Assembly (NCBI GenBank): GCA_014381465.1
Contig: JACNLP010000027.1
Coordinates: forward strand, 1,685 to 65,684
DNA: 64,000 nt
Direction: 5' to 3'
From: Flavobacteriales bacterium
GTDB lineage: Bacteria; Bacteroidota; Bacteroidia; Flavobacteriales; BACL11
The first letter of the stretch is position 1; each line of letters opens with the position of its first letter. The notes under the pieces are model-generated. The model was given only the letters and a program-made list of their open reading frames with translations, had not been told where the DNA came from and searched no databases. Below are positions 40,498-50,456 of this stretch, in pieces. The position numbers and the translations under genes were made by a program.

Positions 40498-41163
40498 ATG
40501 GAAAATGAAATAATAAATTTATTATTACAAAAATCGTGCACAAAGCAGGCGGTTTACAGAAATACACAAGCGGTATTTGCAGATTTTCAAAAAATATTAA
40601 AGAAAAAAGCAGAGAGATTAACTAAGGAAGTTACAGCAAAAGACAATTGTGTGGAGATTGCATATTCCTCAAAAGGAAAATTTGAAGCACAAATAAAATT
40701 CTCTGGTGATACACTGCTTTTTAATATGCATTCTAATGTTTTTGATTTTCCATCTACTCATGCAATTCACAAGACAAAATATGTAAAACAGGATAAATTA
40801 AGAAGTTTTTGCGGAGTGATTCATATTTACAATTTTCTTTCTGATTCCTTAAAATATAACAGAATGAATGATGAGGGACTTCTGATAGGGAGAGTTTTCA
40901 TCAACAAAGATTCTCATTTTTTAGTGGAAGGGGAGAAGCAGTTAGGGTTTTTATTTAACGATTTTGTAAAACAAGAAATAAACAAGGATCAAATTGATAA
41001 AATTATTGATTCAGCAATGATATATTCTTTAAATTTTGATTTACAAACGCCAAATATTAATGATATTAATGTTGTTTCTGTTCATCAAATTATAGAAATG
41101 AGTGCTCTCCAAAAAACAAGAACGGCAAAGCGTTTGGGTTACAAATTTTCTTTTGAAAAATAA
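40498..41163 (+). CDS. Conserved hypothetical protein
   Basis: ATG 40498 follows the proS stop; YNFL.DS..YNR motif. Confidence 0.7.
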   Translation: MENEIINLLLQKSCTKQAVYRNTQAVFADFQKILKKKAERLTKEVTAKDNCVEIAYSSKGKFEAQIKFSGDTLLFNMHSNVFDFPSTHAIHKTKYVKQDKLRSFCGVIHIYNFLSDSLKYNRMNDEGLLIGRVFINKDSHFLVEGEKQLGFLFNDFVKQEINKDQIDKIIDSAMIYSLNFDLQTPNINDINVVSVHQIIEMSALQKTRTAKRLGYKFSFEK

Positions 41164-41229
41164 AGACATCTAACTATTTGCTAAAAATGAAAAATAGTAT
41201 AGATTTGCAAACTCATTTTTTTGAAAAAT

Positions 41230-41303
41230 GGCCCGTTCGTCTAGTCAGGTCAGGACGCCAGGTTTTCATCCTGGTAACAGGGGTTCGAATCCCCTACGGG
41301 CTA
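41230..41303 (+). tRNA. tRNA-Glu (anticodon TTC)
   Basis: Acceptor GGCCCGT/ACGGGCT, anticodon arm CCAGG-TTTTCAT-CCTGG, T-loop GTTCGAATC; CCA not encoded. Confidence 0.95.
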
Positions 41304-41319
41304 CTAAAACATTTTAACT

Positions 41320-41577
41320 ATGGCAAATCATAAATCTGCAATCAAACGAATTAGACAATCCGAGAAAAGAAGACTGTTTAATAAATACTATCATAAAACT
41401 GCAAGAAATGCAGTAAGAAAGTTAAAAGCATTAACTTCCAAAAAGGAAGTAACAGAGCTTTTCCCTAAGGTAGTGGCAATGCTTGATAAATTAGCAAAAA
41501 GAAACATTATTCATAAGAATAAAGCAGCTAATTTGAAATCAAAATTAGCTAAACACCTAAATTCACTTTCTAAGTAA
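41320..41577 (+). CDS. rpsT: 30S ribosomal protein S20
   Basis: [20 protein letters not shown] motifs. Confidence 0.97.
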   Translation: MANHKSAIKRIRQSEKRRLFNKYYHKTARNAVRKLKALTSKKEVTELFPKVVAMLDKLAKRNIIHKNKAANLKSKLAKHLNSLSK

Positions 41578-41595
41578 GAATGCTTAAATTCAAAC

Positions 41596-41632
41596 AAAAA
41601 AGGTCTTCCCTTACTGGGTTAGGCCTTTTTTT
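41596..41632 (+). terminator. Probable intrinsic terminator after rpsT
   Basis: AAAAAAGG...CCTTTTTT imperfect hairpin with T-tract. Confidence 0.55.
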
Positions 41633-41680
41633 GTTATTTTTATTGACTGATAGAAAATCGGTTAATTTTTCAAAATACTA

Positions 41681-42982
41681 ATGATACTTATTTACATACC
41701 CAAAATAACTCAAAGGCATAAGTATATTTTTAATCTTTTTTTTTGTGAGATTTATAAAATAAAATTTCAACTTACAGAAAATGTAGATGAATTTAAAGCC
41801 TTTGATGGAGCAAAACTAAATTATTCCAACAATTGTTTTGAGGATGAAATTTTCATTGAAAGTATAGGATTATTAAATGAAAAAGGAATCAACCAGCAAG
41901 AAATAAGTGTTATATTGGAAAATGATATTCCTATATTTTTTCAATCCCAATCAAAAGCAAGCATGCCCTTTGATGTTTTCTCAGCAAGTTTTTATTTAGT
42001 AAGTCGATATGAAGAATATCTGCCTTTTGTAAAAGATAAGTATCAAAGGTTTCAAGCGGAAAGTTCTTTGGCATATAAAAATGATTTTCTACAAAAACCA
42101 ATGGTTAATATCTGGACAAAGACTTTAATAGAAGAAATTAAGCAGAAATATCCTAGTTTAAAAATAGTTCATCCTACTTACAACTACATTTCTACTATTG
42201 ATATTGACAATGCTTTTTATTATCTTGAAAAAGGATTTGTTCGCTCAATTGCAGGGCTTTTTAGATCTCTTTTTAGTGTTGATTTTAAAGCAATAAAAGA
42301 AAGAACAGCTGTTCTTTTTGGCAAAGAAAAAGACCCTTATGATACTTATGCAGCCCAGCTAAAATTGCAAAAAGAGTATGATTTAGAAGTTATTTATTTC
42401 ATCCTTTTGGCAGATTATGGTTTAAACGATAAGAATATTTCTTTTACAAAAAGAAAATTTCAACTGCTTATAAAGCACTTGGCGGATTATGCCCAAATCG
42501 GTATTCATCCATCTTATGGTTCAAATACCAATTTTGAAAAGTTGCCAAAAGAAATAAAGCGACTGGAAGGGATTACAAAAAGAGAGGTTACTAAAAGCAG
42601 ACAACATTTTTTAAAACTCACATTGCCTGAAACTTATAATCAATTAGCCGATTTAGGCATCACTGATGATTACACTATGGGCTTTGCTTCTGCAATCGGT
42701 TTTCGTGCTAGTATTTGCTCATCTTTCACCTTTTATAACTTAGATACAGAGACTATTCTTCCCATAAAAATTCATCCTTTTGCAGTAATGGATGCTACCC
42801 TTTTGTATTATCTAAATTTGTCTCCTGAGCAATCTATTAAGCAAATCAATCAGCTAATTGAGCAGGTGAAAAATGTAAATGGCACTTTCATTTCTCTTTG
42901 GCATAATGATACTTTTAGCAATTACAAACAATGGGAGGGTTGGCAAAGCGTTTATAAGGAAATGGTAAAAGTAGCAAAATAG
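41681..42982 (+). CDS. Polysaccharide deacetylase-family protein
   Basis: SRYEEY, TIDID, GIHPSY, RQHFL, LWHN motifs. Confidence 0.75.
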   Translation: MILIYIPKITQRHKYIFNLFFCEIYKIKFQLTENVDEFKAFDGAKLNYSNNCFEDEIFIESIGLLNEKGINQQEISVILENDIPIFFQSQSKASMPFDVFSASFYLVSRYEEYLPFVKDKYQRFQAESSLAYKNDFLQKPMVNIWTKTLIEEIKQKYPSLKIVHPTYNYISTIDIDNAFYYLEKGFVRSIAGLFRSLFSVDFKAIKERTAVLFGKEKDPYDTYAAQLKLQKEYDLEVIYFILLADYGLNDKNISFTKRKFQLLIKHLADYAQIGIHPSYGSNTNFEKLPKEIKRLEGITKREVTKSRQHFLKLTLPETYNQLADLGITDDYTMGFASAIGFRASICSSFTFYNLDTETILPIKIHPFAVMDATLLYYLNLSPEQSIKQINQLIEQVKNVNGTFISLWHNDTFSNYKQWEGWQSVYKEMVKVAK

Positions 42983-43833
42983 TGATTAAGTTTTATGCAA
43001 ATAATGAGATTGATAAGCAAAAATGGGATAGCTGTGTGGCGAGTTCCCAAAATGGATTAATTTACGCTTACGCTTGGTATTTGGATATTGTTTCTCCTAA
43101 TTGGACTGCTTTAATTTTGGATGATTATAGGGCAGTTTTCCCTTTGCCTATAAAAAAGAAATTGGGAATTTCTTATATATCACAACCACTCTTTACACAG
43201 CAATTGGGCTTGTTTTCTTCTGATAAAGAAATAGCATTGTCTTCTTTTCTAAAAGCAATACCAAAAAAAGTTTGGCTAAGAAGTTTACAAATTCATAATG
43301 AATTAGATAATGCTAAAACCAAAGATAATTTTGAATTGAATATTTCGTCTGATATTGAAGTGATTAGAAAAAAATATTCTCAAAATGTGAAAAGAAATTT
43401 GAAAAAATCAGCAGAACACAATTTGGATATAAAAACTTGTTCTCATGATTTACTGATTCAACTTTTTAAGCAAAATAAAGGGAGGGAAGTGAAAGAAATG
43501 AACAAAAAAGCATATTCCATATTATCTGAATTACTAGATAAAATAAAGCAGAAACAAAAAGGAAATTGTTTTGGGGTTTATAAATATGATAAATTAATTA
43601 GTGCGGCTTTTTTTAGCAATTGTTTAGAAAGGTCCATTTATCTTTTTTCGGCATCTAATAGTATTGCCAAAGAAATAGGTGCAAACCATTTTTTAATTGA
43701 CACTTATATTGAAAATTTTAAGAAAGATTCCTTAATTTTGGACTTTGAAGGTTCTATGATTCCATCATTAGCTCGATTTTATGCTTCTTTTGGGGCAGAA
43801 AAAAAGCACTACTTTTTAATTAATAAAAGATAA
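42982..43833 (+). CDS. GNAT/FemAB-like acetyltransferase
   Basis: QPLFTQQLG and DFEGS motifs; GTG start. Confidence 0.7.
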   Translation: MIKFYANNEIDKQKWDSCVASSQNGLIYAYAWYLDIVSPNWTALILDDYRAVFPLPIKKKLGISYISQPLFTQQLGLFSSDKEIALSSFLKAIPKKVWLRSLQIHNELDNAKTKDNFELNISSDIEVIRKKYSQNVKRNLKKSAEHNLDIKTCSHDLLIQLFKQNKGREVKEMNKKAYSILSELLDKIKQKQKGNCFGVYKYDKLISAAFFSNCLERSIYLFSASNSIAKEIGANHFLIDTYIENFKKDSLILDFEGSMIPSLARFYASFGAEKKHYFLINKR

Positions 43834-43835
43834 GT

Positions 43836-44489
43836 ATGAAAACAATCCACTTAGGAAAACAAAATTCCATTTTTAATCACTTTATCAGAGAGATAAGAGA
43901 TATGAAAATTCAAAATGACTCCATGCGTTTTAGAAGAAATATAGAAAGAATTGGAGAGATTTTTGCTTATGAAATAAGTAAAGTAATGGATTATGAAAAT
44001 AAAGATATTACCACTCCATTAGGAATATCTACAGAAAGTTTAATGACAGAAAATCCTGTTTTAGCAACTATACTTAGAGCAGGATTACCACTTCATCAAG
44101 GATTTTTAAATTATTTCGACAAGTCAGATAACTGTTTTATTTCTGCTTATAGAAAACATAAAAAATCGGGAGATTTTGAAATCAAGATTGAATACATGTC
44201 CTCTCCTGATTTGGAAGGAAAAACGGTAATTTTGTGCGATCCAATGCTGGCGAGTGGTTCTTCCATGATTTTGGCTATGGAAGCAATTTTAAGTAAAGCA
44301 AAGCCAAAGCACATTCATATTGTTGCAATTATTGCTTCTGCTGAGGGGGTGGATTATGTAAAAGAAAATATCCCCATGCAAGATTGCACACTTTGGCTTG
44401 GAGCAGAAGATGCTGAAATGACTGCCCAATCTTATATCGTTCCAGGGTTAGGTGATGCTGGGGATTTGGCTTTTGGGGAGAAAGAATAA
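43836..44489 (+). CDS. upp: Uracil phosphoribosyltransferase
   Basis: ILRAG, DPMLASG, YIVPGLGDAGD motifs. Confidence 0.94.
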   Translation: MKTIHLGKQNSIFNHFIREIRDMKIQNDSMRFRRNIERIGEIFAYEISKVMDYENKDITTPLGISTESLMTENPVLATILRAGLPLHQGFLNYFDKSDNCFISAYRKHKKSGDFEIKIEYMSSPDLEGKTVILCDPMLASGSSMILAMEAILSKAKPKHIHIVAIIASAEGVDYVKENIPMQDCTLWLGAEDAEMTAQSYIVPGLGDAGDLAFGEKE

Positions 44490-45182
44490 ATGAAATACAA
44501 GCATATTTTTTTTGATTTAGATCGCACCCTTTGGGATTTTGAAGTAAACTCTCATGAAACTTTATTGGAACTTTGTAGTAATTACAATTTGAAAAAAATA
44601 GGAGTAGATGATTATGAAAATTTCATAAGAACTTATAAGAATCATAATGCCAAACTTTGGGATTTATACAGAGTAGATAAAATTTCTCAAGAAGATTTAA
44701 GGAGAGAAAGATTTCAAAGGACACTTGCAGATTATAATATTAAAGATTCACTTTTAGCAGAAAAAATTGGAGAAGATTATATTAATGTTTGTCCAAGGAA
44801 GAATAAATTATATCCTTATGCATTTGAAGTTTTGGATTACTTAAAAGAAAGATATGAACTTCATATTATCACTAACGGATTTGATAAAACACAACATATT
44901 AAATTAGAACATTCCAATCTGAAGCCTTATTTCAAGCAGATAATAACCTCAGAAAAGACAGGAGTAAAGAAGCCAAATCCTTTGATTTTTTCTCAAGCAA
45001 TTAGTTTAGCAACTGCATCAAAGAATGAGAGTGTTTATATTGGAGATGATCTTATTGTGGATATTTTAGGGTGTCAAAATTTTGGAATTGATGGAGTGTA
45101 TTTTAACCCTGAAAAAACAAAACATTCAGAATGTCCAAAATTTGAAATTTCTTGTTTAAGCGAACTTAAGAAGATATTTTAA
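44490..45182 (+). CDS. yjjG: YjjG-family HAD pyrimidine nucleotidase
   Basis: FFDLDRTLWDF, ITNG, KKP, IGDD motifs. Confidence 0.85.
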   Translation: MKYKHIFFDLDRTLWDFEVNSHETLLELCSNYNLKKIGVDDYENFIRTYKNHNAKLWDLYRVDKISQEDLRRERFQRTLADYNIKDSLLAEKIGEDYINVCPRKNKLYPYAFEVLDYLKERYELHIITNGFDKTQHIKLEHSNLKPYFKQIITSEKTGVKKPNPLIFSQAISLATASKNESVYIGDDLIVDILGCQNFGIDGVYFNPEKTKHSECPKFEISCLSELKKIF

Positions 45183-46329
45183 ACCCTCCTTTCTCTAAAT
45201 CTTGCCAATAGTTAGGATAGGATTTACTTACAACCTCTGGGTTATTTATTTGTAGTTCTTCAAATTTTAAACAAAGTGGAGCAAAACTCATTGCCATTCT
45301 GTGGTCCTTATATGTTTCAATAATTTTAGTTGAACTTAGTTTTTGAAATTCATTTTCTACTGCAATAATTCTATCCGTTTCCTTGTTTTTTAAAGTAGTA
45401 AGTCCTGAAAAATTGGAGCTTTTATTCAATCCGAAAAGAGCACATTTTAAAGGTTGGTATAAATCTGGAGTTTCTAGTAAATCAAGAGTGTTTGGGAAAT
45501 TGAGTATTTTATTTTTTGTTAAAGTTAAAGTGCCATTTTCAAATGTTGATCGCACTCCCAATTCTTTAAATAACTCCATTACTTTTTTATCGCCTTGAAT
45601 TGAGTTTTCAGTAAGACCGTTTAACTTAATATTGCAATTATCTGATAGAGCTGCAATTTCAAACCAAAAAGAAGCTGCTGACCAATCCGATTCAACAGTA
45701 TAATTTTGTGCAATATATTTTTGATGTTTAATACTGATTGTATTGTTATTCCAAGAATGGGTAATACCAAATTCTTCCATTAAACTCAAGGTCATTTTTA
45801 CATAAGGTTTAGATACTAATTCTCCTATAATGGAAAGGTTTAAACCTTCTGTTAAAGTAGGAGCAATTAATAATAATGCAGAAATAAATTGTGAACTAAT
45901 ACCTCCGTCAATTTCTATTTTATCGCCCTTTAATTCACTTCCTTCTATATTTAATGGTGGAAAGCCTTCCTTTTCTAAATACTCAATCTGAGCTCCCATT
46001 TTTCTTAAAACATCTACCAATATTTTGATTGGTCGTTCTTTCATTCTTTCTGTACCGGTCAAAATAAATTCTTTTCCTTTTTGGGAAGAAAGAAAGGCGG
46101 TTAAAAAACGAAAGGAAGTTCCTGCAGCACCAATATCTATGGTAGTTTTTGAAGAGTTTAAAGCTTCTTCTAAACTTCTTGTATCATCAGAAGCAGATAA
46201 GTTTTTAATCTCAAAATTATTTTTGCAAAGTGATTGTATGATTAATAATCTGTTAGAAATACTTTTAGAAGAAGGTAAGTCAATTTCACATTCCACCACT
46301 TTTGTTGGGTGTGAAATTTTATAAGTCAT
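45166..46329 (-). CDS. aroA: 3-phosphoshikimate 1-carboxyvinyltransferase (short form)
   Basis: SKSISNR, AGT..RF, SSQF, KETDR, DHRMAM, KSYP motifs. Confidence 0.92.
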   Translation of the reverse strand: MTYKISHPTKVVECEIDLPSSKSISNRLLIIQSLCKNNFEIKNLSASDDTRSLEEALNSSKTTIDIGAAGTSFRFLTAFLSSQKGKEFILTGTERMKERPIKILVDVLRKMGAQIEYLEKEGFPPLNIEGSELKGDKIEIDGGISSQFISALLLIAPTLTEGLNLSIIGELVSKPYVKMTLSLMEEFGITHSWNNNTISIKHQKYIAQNYTVESDWSAASFWFEIAALSDNCNIKLNGLTENSIQGDKKVMELFKELGVRSTFENGTLTLTKNKILNFPNTLDLLETPDLYQPLKCALFGLNKSSNFSGLTTLKNKETDRIIAVENEFQKLSSTKIIETYKDHRMAMSFAPLCLKFEELQINNPEVVSKSYPNYWQDLEKGGFKISS

Positions 46330-47308
46330 CTGCTAAAAATAAATTATCTATGCTGCAATTTCCTATTCCATTTAATAGAGAAAAATTGATTTTTCCGTCT
46401 TTATTTTTTTTATCTCCTTTCATTAAATCAATGATTTCATGCTTTGGTGGTAATTCTGGAATTTGAAAAAAATTATAGAGAAATATATTGATTGTTTCTT
46501 TTTCAATAACTGTTAAATCCGACAAATCTGACTCTAACATCATTCCTAAAGCTATTGCCTCTCCATGTAGGATTGGAGTTCCTTTTTCCAGATAATAACT
46601 TTCTATTGCATGACCAAAAGTATGTCCAAAATTTAGTTTTTTTCGTTCTCCTTTTTCAAAAGGATCAGATTCAACAATCTTGTTTTTTATTTGAATAGAG
46701 GTCTCAATTATTTCTTCCCAAATTAACTCATTAAAAGAAGTGGAAATAATTTTATTCCATAAATTTTTATCGGCAATAAGGGTGTGTTTAACTACTTCTG
46801 CAAATCCAGATTTTAATTCATTTTCAGGGAGAGTGCTTAAAAATTCAGGGTTTATTATTACAGAATTAGGATAATTGAAAATACCAATTTGATTTTTTAA
46901 TCCATTAAAATCAACTCCTAGTTTACCGCCAACTGATGCATCTACCATTGCAAGTAAAGTTGTTGGGATTTGTATAAAATCAATACCTCTTTTATAGGTG
47001 CTTGCACAAAATCCTCCCATATCTCCAATTACTCCACCACCTAAATTTATTAGCAATGAATTTCTGTCAAAATTATTTTTTGTAAGCTGTTCCCAAATAA
47101 AATTACAAGTAGTAATATTCTTCTTTTCTTCACCTGATTGTATCTCAATTAGTATTGAATTATCAATTTTTGGTAATTTATGTAAGCAATCTTTTTTTGT
47201 GTTTTCATCTACTAAAATTGCAACTTTTGAGTAAGAAGAAATATTTAGTTTGGAAAGGGAGTTTTCTCCTATCCAAATAGAATAATCAGATGCAATTATT
47301 TCTTTCAC
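46319..47308 (-). CDS. aroB: 3-dehydroquinate synthase
   Basis: GGGVIGD, PTTLLAMVDASVGGK, LNFGHT motifs. Confidence 0.94.
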   Translation of the reverse strand: MKEIIASDYSIWIGENSLSKLNISSYSKVAILVDENTKKDCLHKLPKIDNSILIEIQSGEEKKNITTCNFIWEQLTKNNFDRNSLLINLGGGVIGDMGGFCASTYKRGIDFIQIPTTLLAMVDASVGGKLGVDFNGLKNQIGIFNYPNSVIINPEFLSTLPENELKSGFAEVVKHTLIADKNLWNKIISTSFNELIWEEIIETSIQIKNKIVESDPFEKGERKKLNFGHTFGHAIESYYLEKGTPILHGEAIALGMMLESDLSDLTVIEKETINIFLYNFFQIPELPPKHEIIDLMKGDKKNKDGKINFSLLNGIGNCSIDNLFLADDL

Positions 47309-48870
47309 TGTGTTACTTCAGCTAAAGGATTCCCTGTGCACCCATTAGGATATGCTGTGCCCAAAATGGTTGAAATAGTTGGTGCAATATCTCTGATGTT
47401 TACTTTTCTGTCGGTTTGTCCTTGTGGGATATTTCCGCCCCAAAAAATAAGCGGAACATGGGTATCGTAACTATAAGACGAGCCGTGAGTGGTACCGCCA
47501 TTTTCCCAATACTTGCTGATCCAACCTGTTTGCAAAGCCACCATTACATCCCCTGATCTTTTTTGGTTATATCCTCTTTGAATAAGGGCGTGAAATGAAT
47601 TTTGATATTCATTATTATGCATTTGCTTGGCGGTAAAAGTGTTTTTTACCCCTTCAATATTTAATAAGAAATCTGCACAGATTTGTTGCATTTTATCCAG
47701 TTCAAATCCCTTTTCAACTATTAAATCATGATTCAAAAACAGTTGGTTGTTGGAATAATTTTTCACCCATTCTCCTTCCCCAAATTTTTGGGATAAGTGC
47801 AGTTTTAAGCCGTCAATCATTACTGTACTTTCAAAATATCCTGCTGGAATTTTTCTTTCTAATAATTCATGAGGTTCAGAAACCACACCATGATCGGCAG
47901 TTATAAAAACGACTACATCTTCAAAGCCCACTTTGCTGTCAATGGTTTTTAAAAGTTGGGCAATGTCTTTGTCCAAACGAATATAAGTATCCACAAGTTC
48001 TGGCGCATGCGGGCCGTATTGATGCCCGATATAATCGGTGGAAGAATAACTGACAAACAAACAATCGGTTGTTTTGTTTTTTCCCAACTTTTCTTCTTTC
48101 AATATGCGAATAGCCAAATCGTTCAAAATAGTATTTCCAAAAGGTGTTTTCTTGATAGAAGCCCTTCCGTTTATCTTTAAAAGGGTATCCAAATTATGGG
48201 TGAATTTATTTTTCACTTTCCATATTCCACTCATGTATTTTGTAACCTTATCTTTTGTGTTTTCCTCTTCAAGCCAATTGGGTAATGCATCCATATAGTA
48301 GGATGATGTAATCCATTTACCATCACTACTCATCCAATAAGCAGCATCCCCAGAATGCCCAGCAGGCAAAATAGCGCCTCTGTCTTTTAAGGAAATTCCG
48401 ATTACTTTTCCATTATTAAACAATTGCAACTCATCCGAAAAAGTTGTAGTAAGCATATGATGAGGTGACATTTTTCCATCAGCAGATTGCACATCTACAT
48501 TCTTTTGTTCACAATTACAAACCGTGTGCATAGCCCCATCTCCTGCACAATAAATATATTCCCCAGAGTTTTTATCGTACCAATCATTAGCAATTATCCC
48601 ATGAACGGATGGGGTGGTGCCAGTATAAATAGAGGCATGCCCAGGCCCAGTGTAAGTAGGCATATAGCCAAATTGTGTATTTCTGAAAAAGTGCCCTTCA
48701 TTGACTAATCGTTTGAAGCCATCTTTGCCAAAATCATCCCAAAAACGATAGATATAATCGTAACGCATTTGGTCTACTACAATGCCCACCACCAATTTTG
48801 GTTTTTCTTGGGCAAAGGATAAGGTAACAATGCAACAGTTTATTAATGTGATAATTATTAGTTTCTTCAT
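47305..48870 (-). CDS. pafA: PafA-type alkaline phosphatase
   Basis: VVDQMR, TYTGPGH (Thr nucleophile), KDRGAIL, TADHG motifs. Confidence 0.88.
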   Translation of the reverse strand: MKKLIIITLINCCIVTLSFAQEKPKLVVGIVVDQMRYDYIYRFWDDFGKDGFKRLVNEGHFFRNTQFGYMPTYTGPGHASIYTGTTPSVHGIIANDWYDKNSGEYIYCAGDGAMHTVCNCEQKNVDVQSADGKMSPHHMLTTTFSDELQLFNNGKVIGISLKDRGAILPAGHSGDAAYWMSSDGKWITSSYYMDALPNWLEEENTKDKVTKYMSGIWKVKNKFTHNLDTLLKINGRASIKKTPFGNTILNDLAIRILKEEKLGKNKTTDCLFVSYSSTDYIGHQYGPHAPELVDTYIRLDKDIAQLLKTIDSKVGFEDVVVFITADHGVVSEPHELLERKIPAGYFESTVMIDGLKLHLSQKFGEGEWVKNYSNNQLFLNHDLIVEKGFELDKMQQICADFLLNIEGVKNTFTAKQMHNNEYQNSFHALIQRGYNQKRSGDVMVALQTGWISKYWENGGTTHGSSYSYDTHVPLIFWGGNIPQGQTDRKVNIRDIAPTISTILGTAYPNGCTGNPLAEVTQ

Positions 48871-48889
48871 TTTTATTTATTTTTTATTT

Positions 48890-48960
48890 TGTCATGTTGA
48901 GCGTTAGTCGAAACATCTCTTTTTTAAATCATGAGATTCTTCATTACATTCAGAATGACA
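48890..48960. repeat. Inverted doublet of GTCA-type hairpin repeats
   Basis: TGTCATGTTGAGCGTTAGTCGAAACATCTC (+) and TGTCATTCTGAATGTAATGAAGAATCTC (-). Confidence 0.75.
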
Positions 48961-48966
48961 GATGTT

Positions 48967-49782
48967 TTATTCAATTATTATCTTTTTCTCCACTGTACCA
49001 TCACTATAAATATAAAAGAGCAAACCTGTTGCATTAGGATTACTTTCTTTTCCTAAAATATCTACTATTTTAAGGAGGGTTTTTTCTTGTTGTGATATTT
49101 CATCAATACCTACACTTAAAGGTTCTTCTGTTTCTGTTAGTACAAAATTATCTATAAATACACTGTAATCAATCATACCATTTACACCAACCGTTACAGT
49201 AATGTACTCTTCTGCATTTTGGGTTTCAAATACATAAGTGTACTCTTGCCATTCAGTATCTCCATAATTGCTAGTAATTAAGTGTCTGCCCAATGAATCT
49301 TCATAATTAGAGATGCCTACATTGACATAATTATTCTTAGCAGTTATGCAAATAGGTTCAGGGGGTGGGTCTTTAATCCAAAAACTGAGCTTATATCGCT
49401 TTGTATTTAATAAAGGAGCATCTAGGGATAACGAGATTTTACCTTGTTTGATAAGGTGTATAATTCCAGTTGGCGGGGGTAATACGACTGTTTTATCTTG
49501 TCCAATTAATATCAACGCCCAATCTCCATGTTTGGCTTGCCCCCCCCATAATACTGGAGGAGAACAAGCAAAACAAGGTAGTTTGAAAAGTGTTGTAGTA
49601 TAATCATCTCCAAAATAATAAGAATTTAATATAGTACTTTCATATTCAACTTTATTATCTACAGTTGCCCAGCAGTCTAAAGCACTATTCAACTCAAAAC
49701 TTCCATTAAGTACTAAGTTCTGTTGTGCTTTTACACTAAAAGCACAACAGAATAGTAACCCTATAAGACTTAATTTTCTCAT
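48967..49782 (-). CDS. Secreted protein with carbohydrate-binding-like fold and short T9SS-type CTD
   Basis: Signal peptide, QNLVLNGSFE, C-terminal DILGK...YSDGTVEKKIIIE. Confidence 0.65.
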   Translation of the reverse strand: MRKLSLIGLLFCCAFSVKAQQNLVLNGSFELNSALDCWATVDNKVEYESTILNSYYFGDDYTTTLFKLPCFACSPPVLWGGQAKHGDWALILIGQDKTVVLPPPTGIIHLIKQGKISLSLDAPLLNTKRYKLSFWIKDPPPEPICITAKNNYVNVGISNYEDSLGRHLITSNYGDTEWQEYTYVFETQNAEEYITVTVGVNGMIDYSVFIDNFVLTETEEPLSVGIDEISQQEKTLLKIVDILGKESNPNATGLLFYIYSDGTVEKKIIIE

Positions 49783-50456
49783 TGCTTTCTAGTTTTAATT
49801 ACAATTACTCCTAGTGAAAGAAGCACTGCCACAATTACATCCGCAATTGGTGGTACAGTTGGCCATACAAAGTTCCATACACATACAAGTGCCAACCAAA
49901 CAAACCACAGCCAATCTAATTCTTTTATTTTCATATTATATATATAATATACAAGCAAACTTACGAAAAGTCCCCAGAACATACCTCCCAAAATATCAAA
50001 TGGGTAATGCACTCCCAAATATACTCTAGAGAAACCAACTAATACAGCCCAAGAAAACAGGTGGACAAATCCCCAAAAATTCCTAAACAGTAAAGAAACA
50101 AAAAAGGCAATTGCAAAAGAATTAGAAGCATGAGAAGATATAAAACCAAAAGGGCCTCCACAGCCATCAACAACTCTTATTCCATCTAAAAAATGACATG
50201 GTCTTGATCTTTCAAAAACTTCTTTAAATAAATTGACAGATCCAAAGTCTGCAAGAAAGATTAATAACCCTAAAGAGAAAATAATCTTTAAGAAGTCCTT
50301 TGGAAACTTCTTATAAAATGCGTATAAAATGTAAAGGTATAATGGAATCCAAAGCCATTTGGAAGAGATGACACTCATCACTCCATCCATTTGTTCCCAG
50401 CCATAAGCATTGATTAATCTGAATAAAAATTCATCTATTTGCTGCAAGCATTCCAT
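49779..50456 (-). CDS. PAP2-family phosphatase with C-terminal membrane extension
   Basis: K...R.RP, SSHA, SRVYLGVHY..D motifs. Confidence 0.85.
   Translation of the reverse strand: MECLQQIDEFLFRLINAYGWEQMDGVMSVISSKWLWIPLYLYILYAFYKKFPKDFLKIIFSLGLLIFLADFGSVNLFKEVFERSRPCHFLDGIRVVDGCGGPFGFISSHASNSFAIAFFVSLLFRNFWGFVHLFSWAVLVGFSRVYLGVHYPFDILGGMFWGLFVSLLVYYIYNMKIKELDWLWFVWLALVCVWNFVWPTVPPIADVIVAVLLSLGVIVIKTRKQ

Noticed and set aside
41230-41303. tRNA-Glu as an island integration site
   Set aside because: No duplicated tRNA 3' end or integrase seen; flanks are core genes
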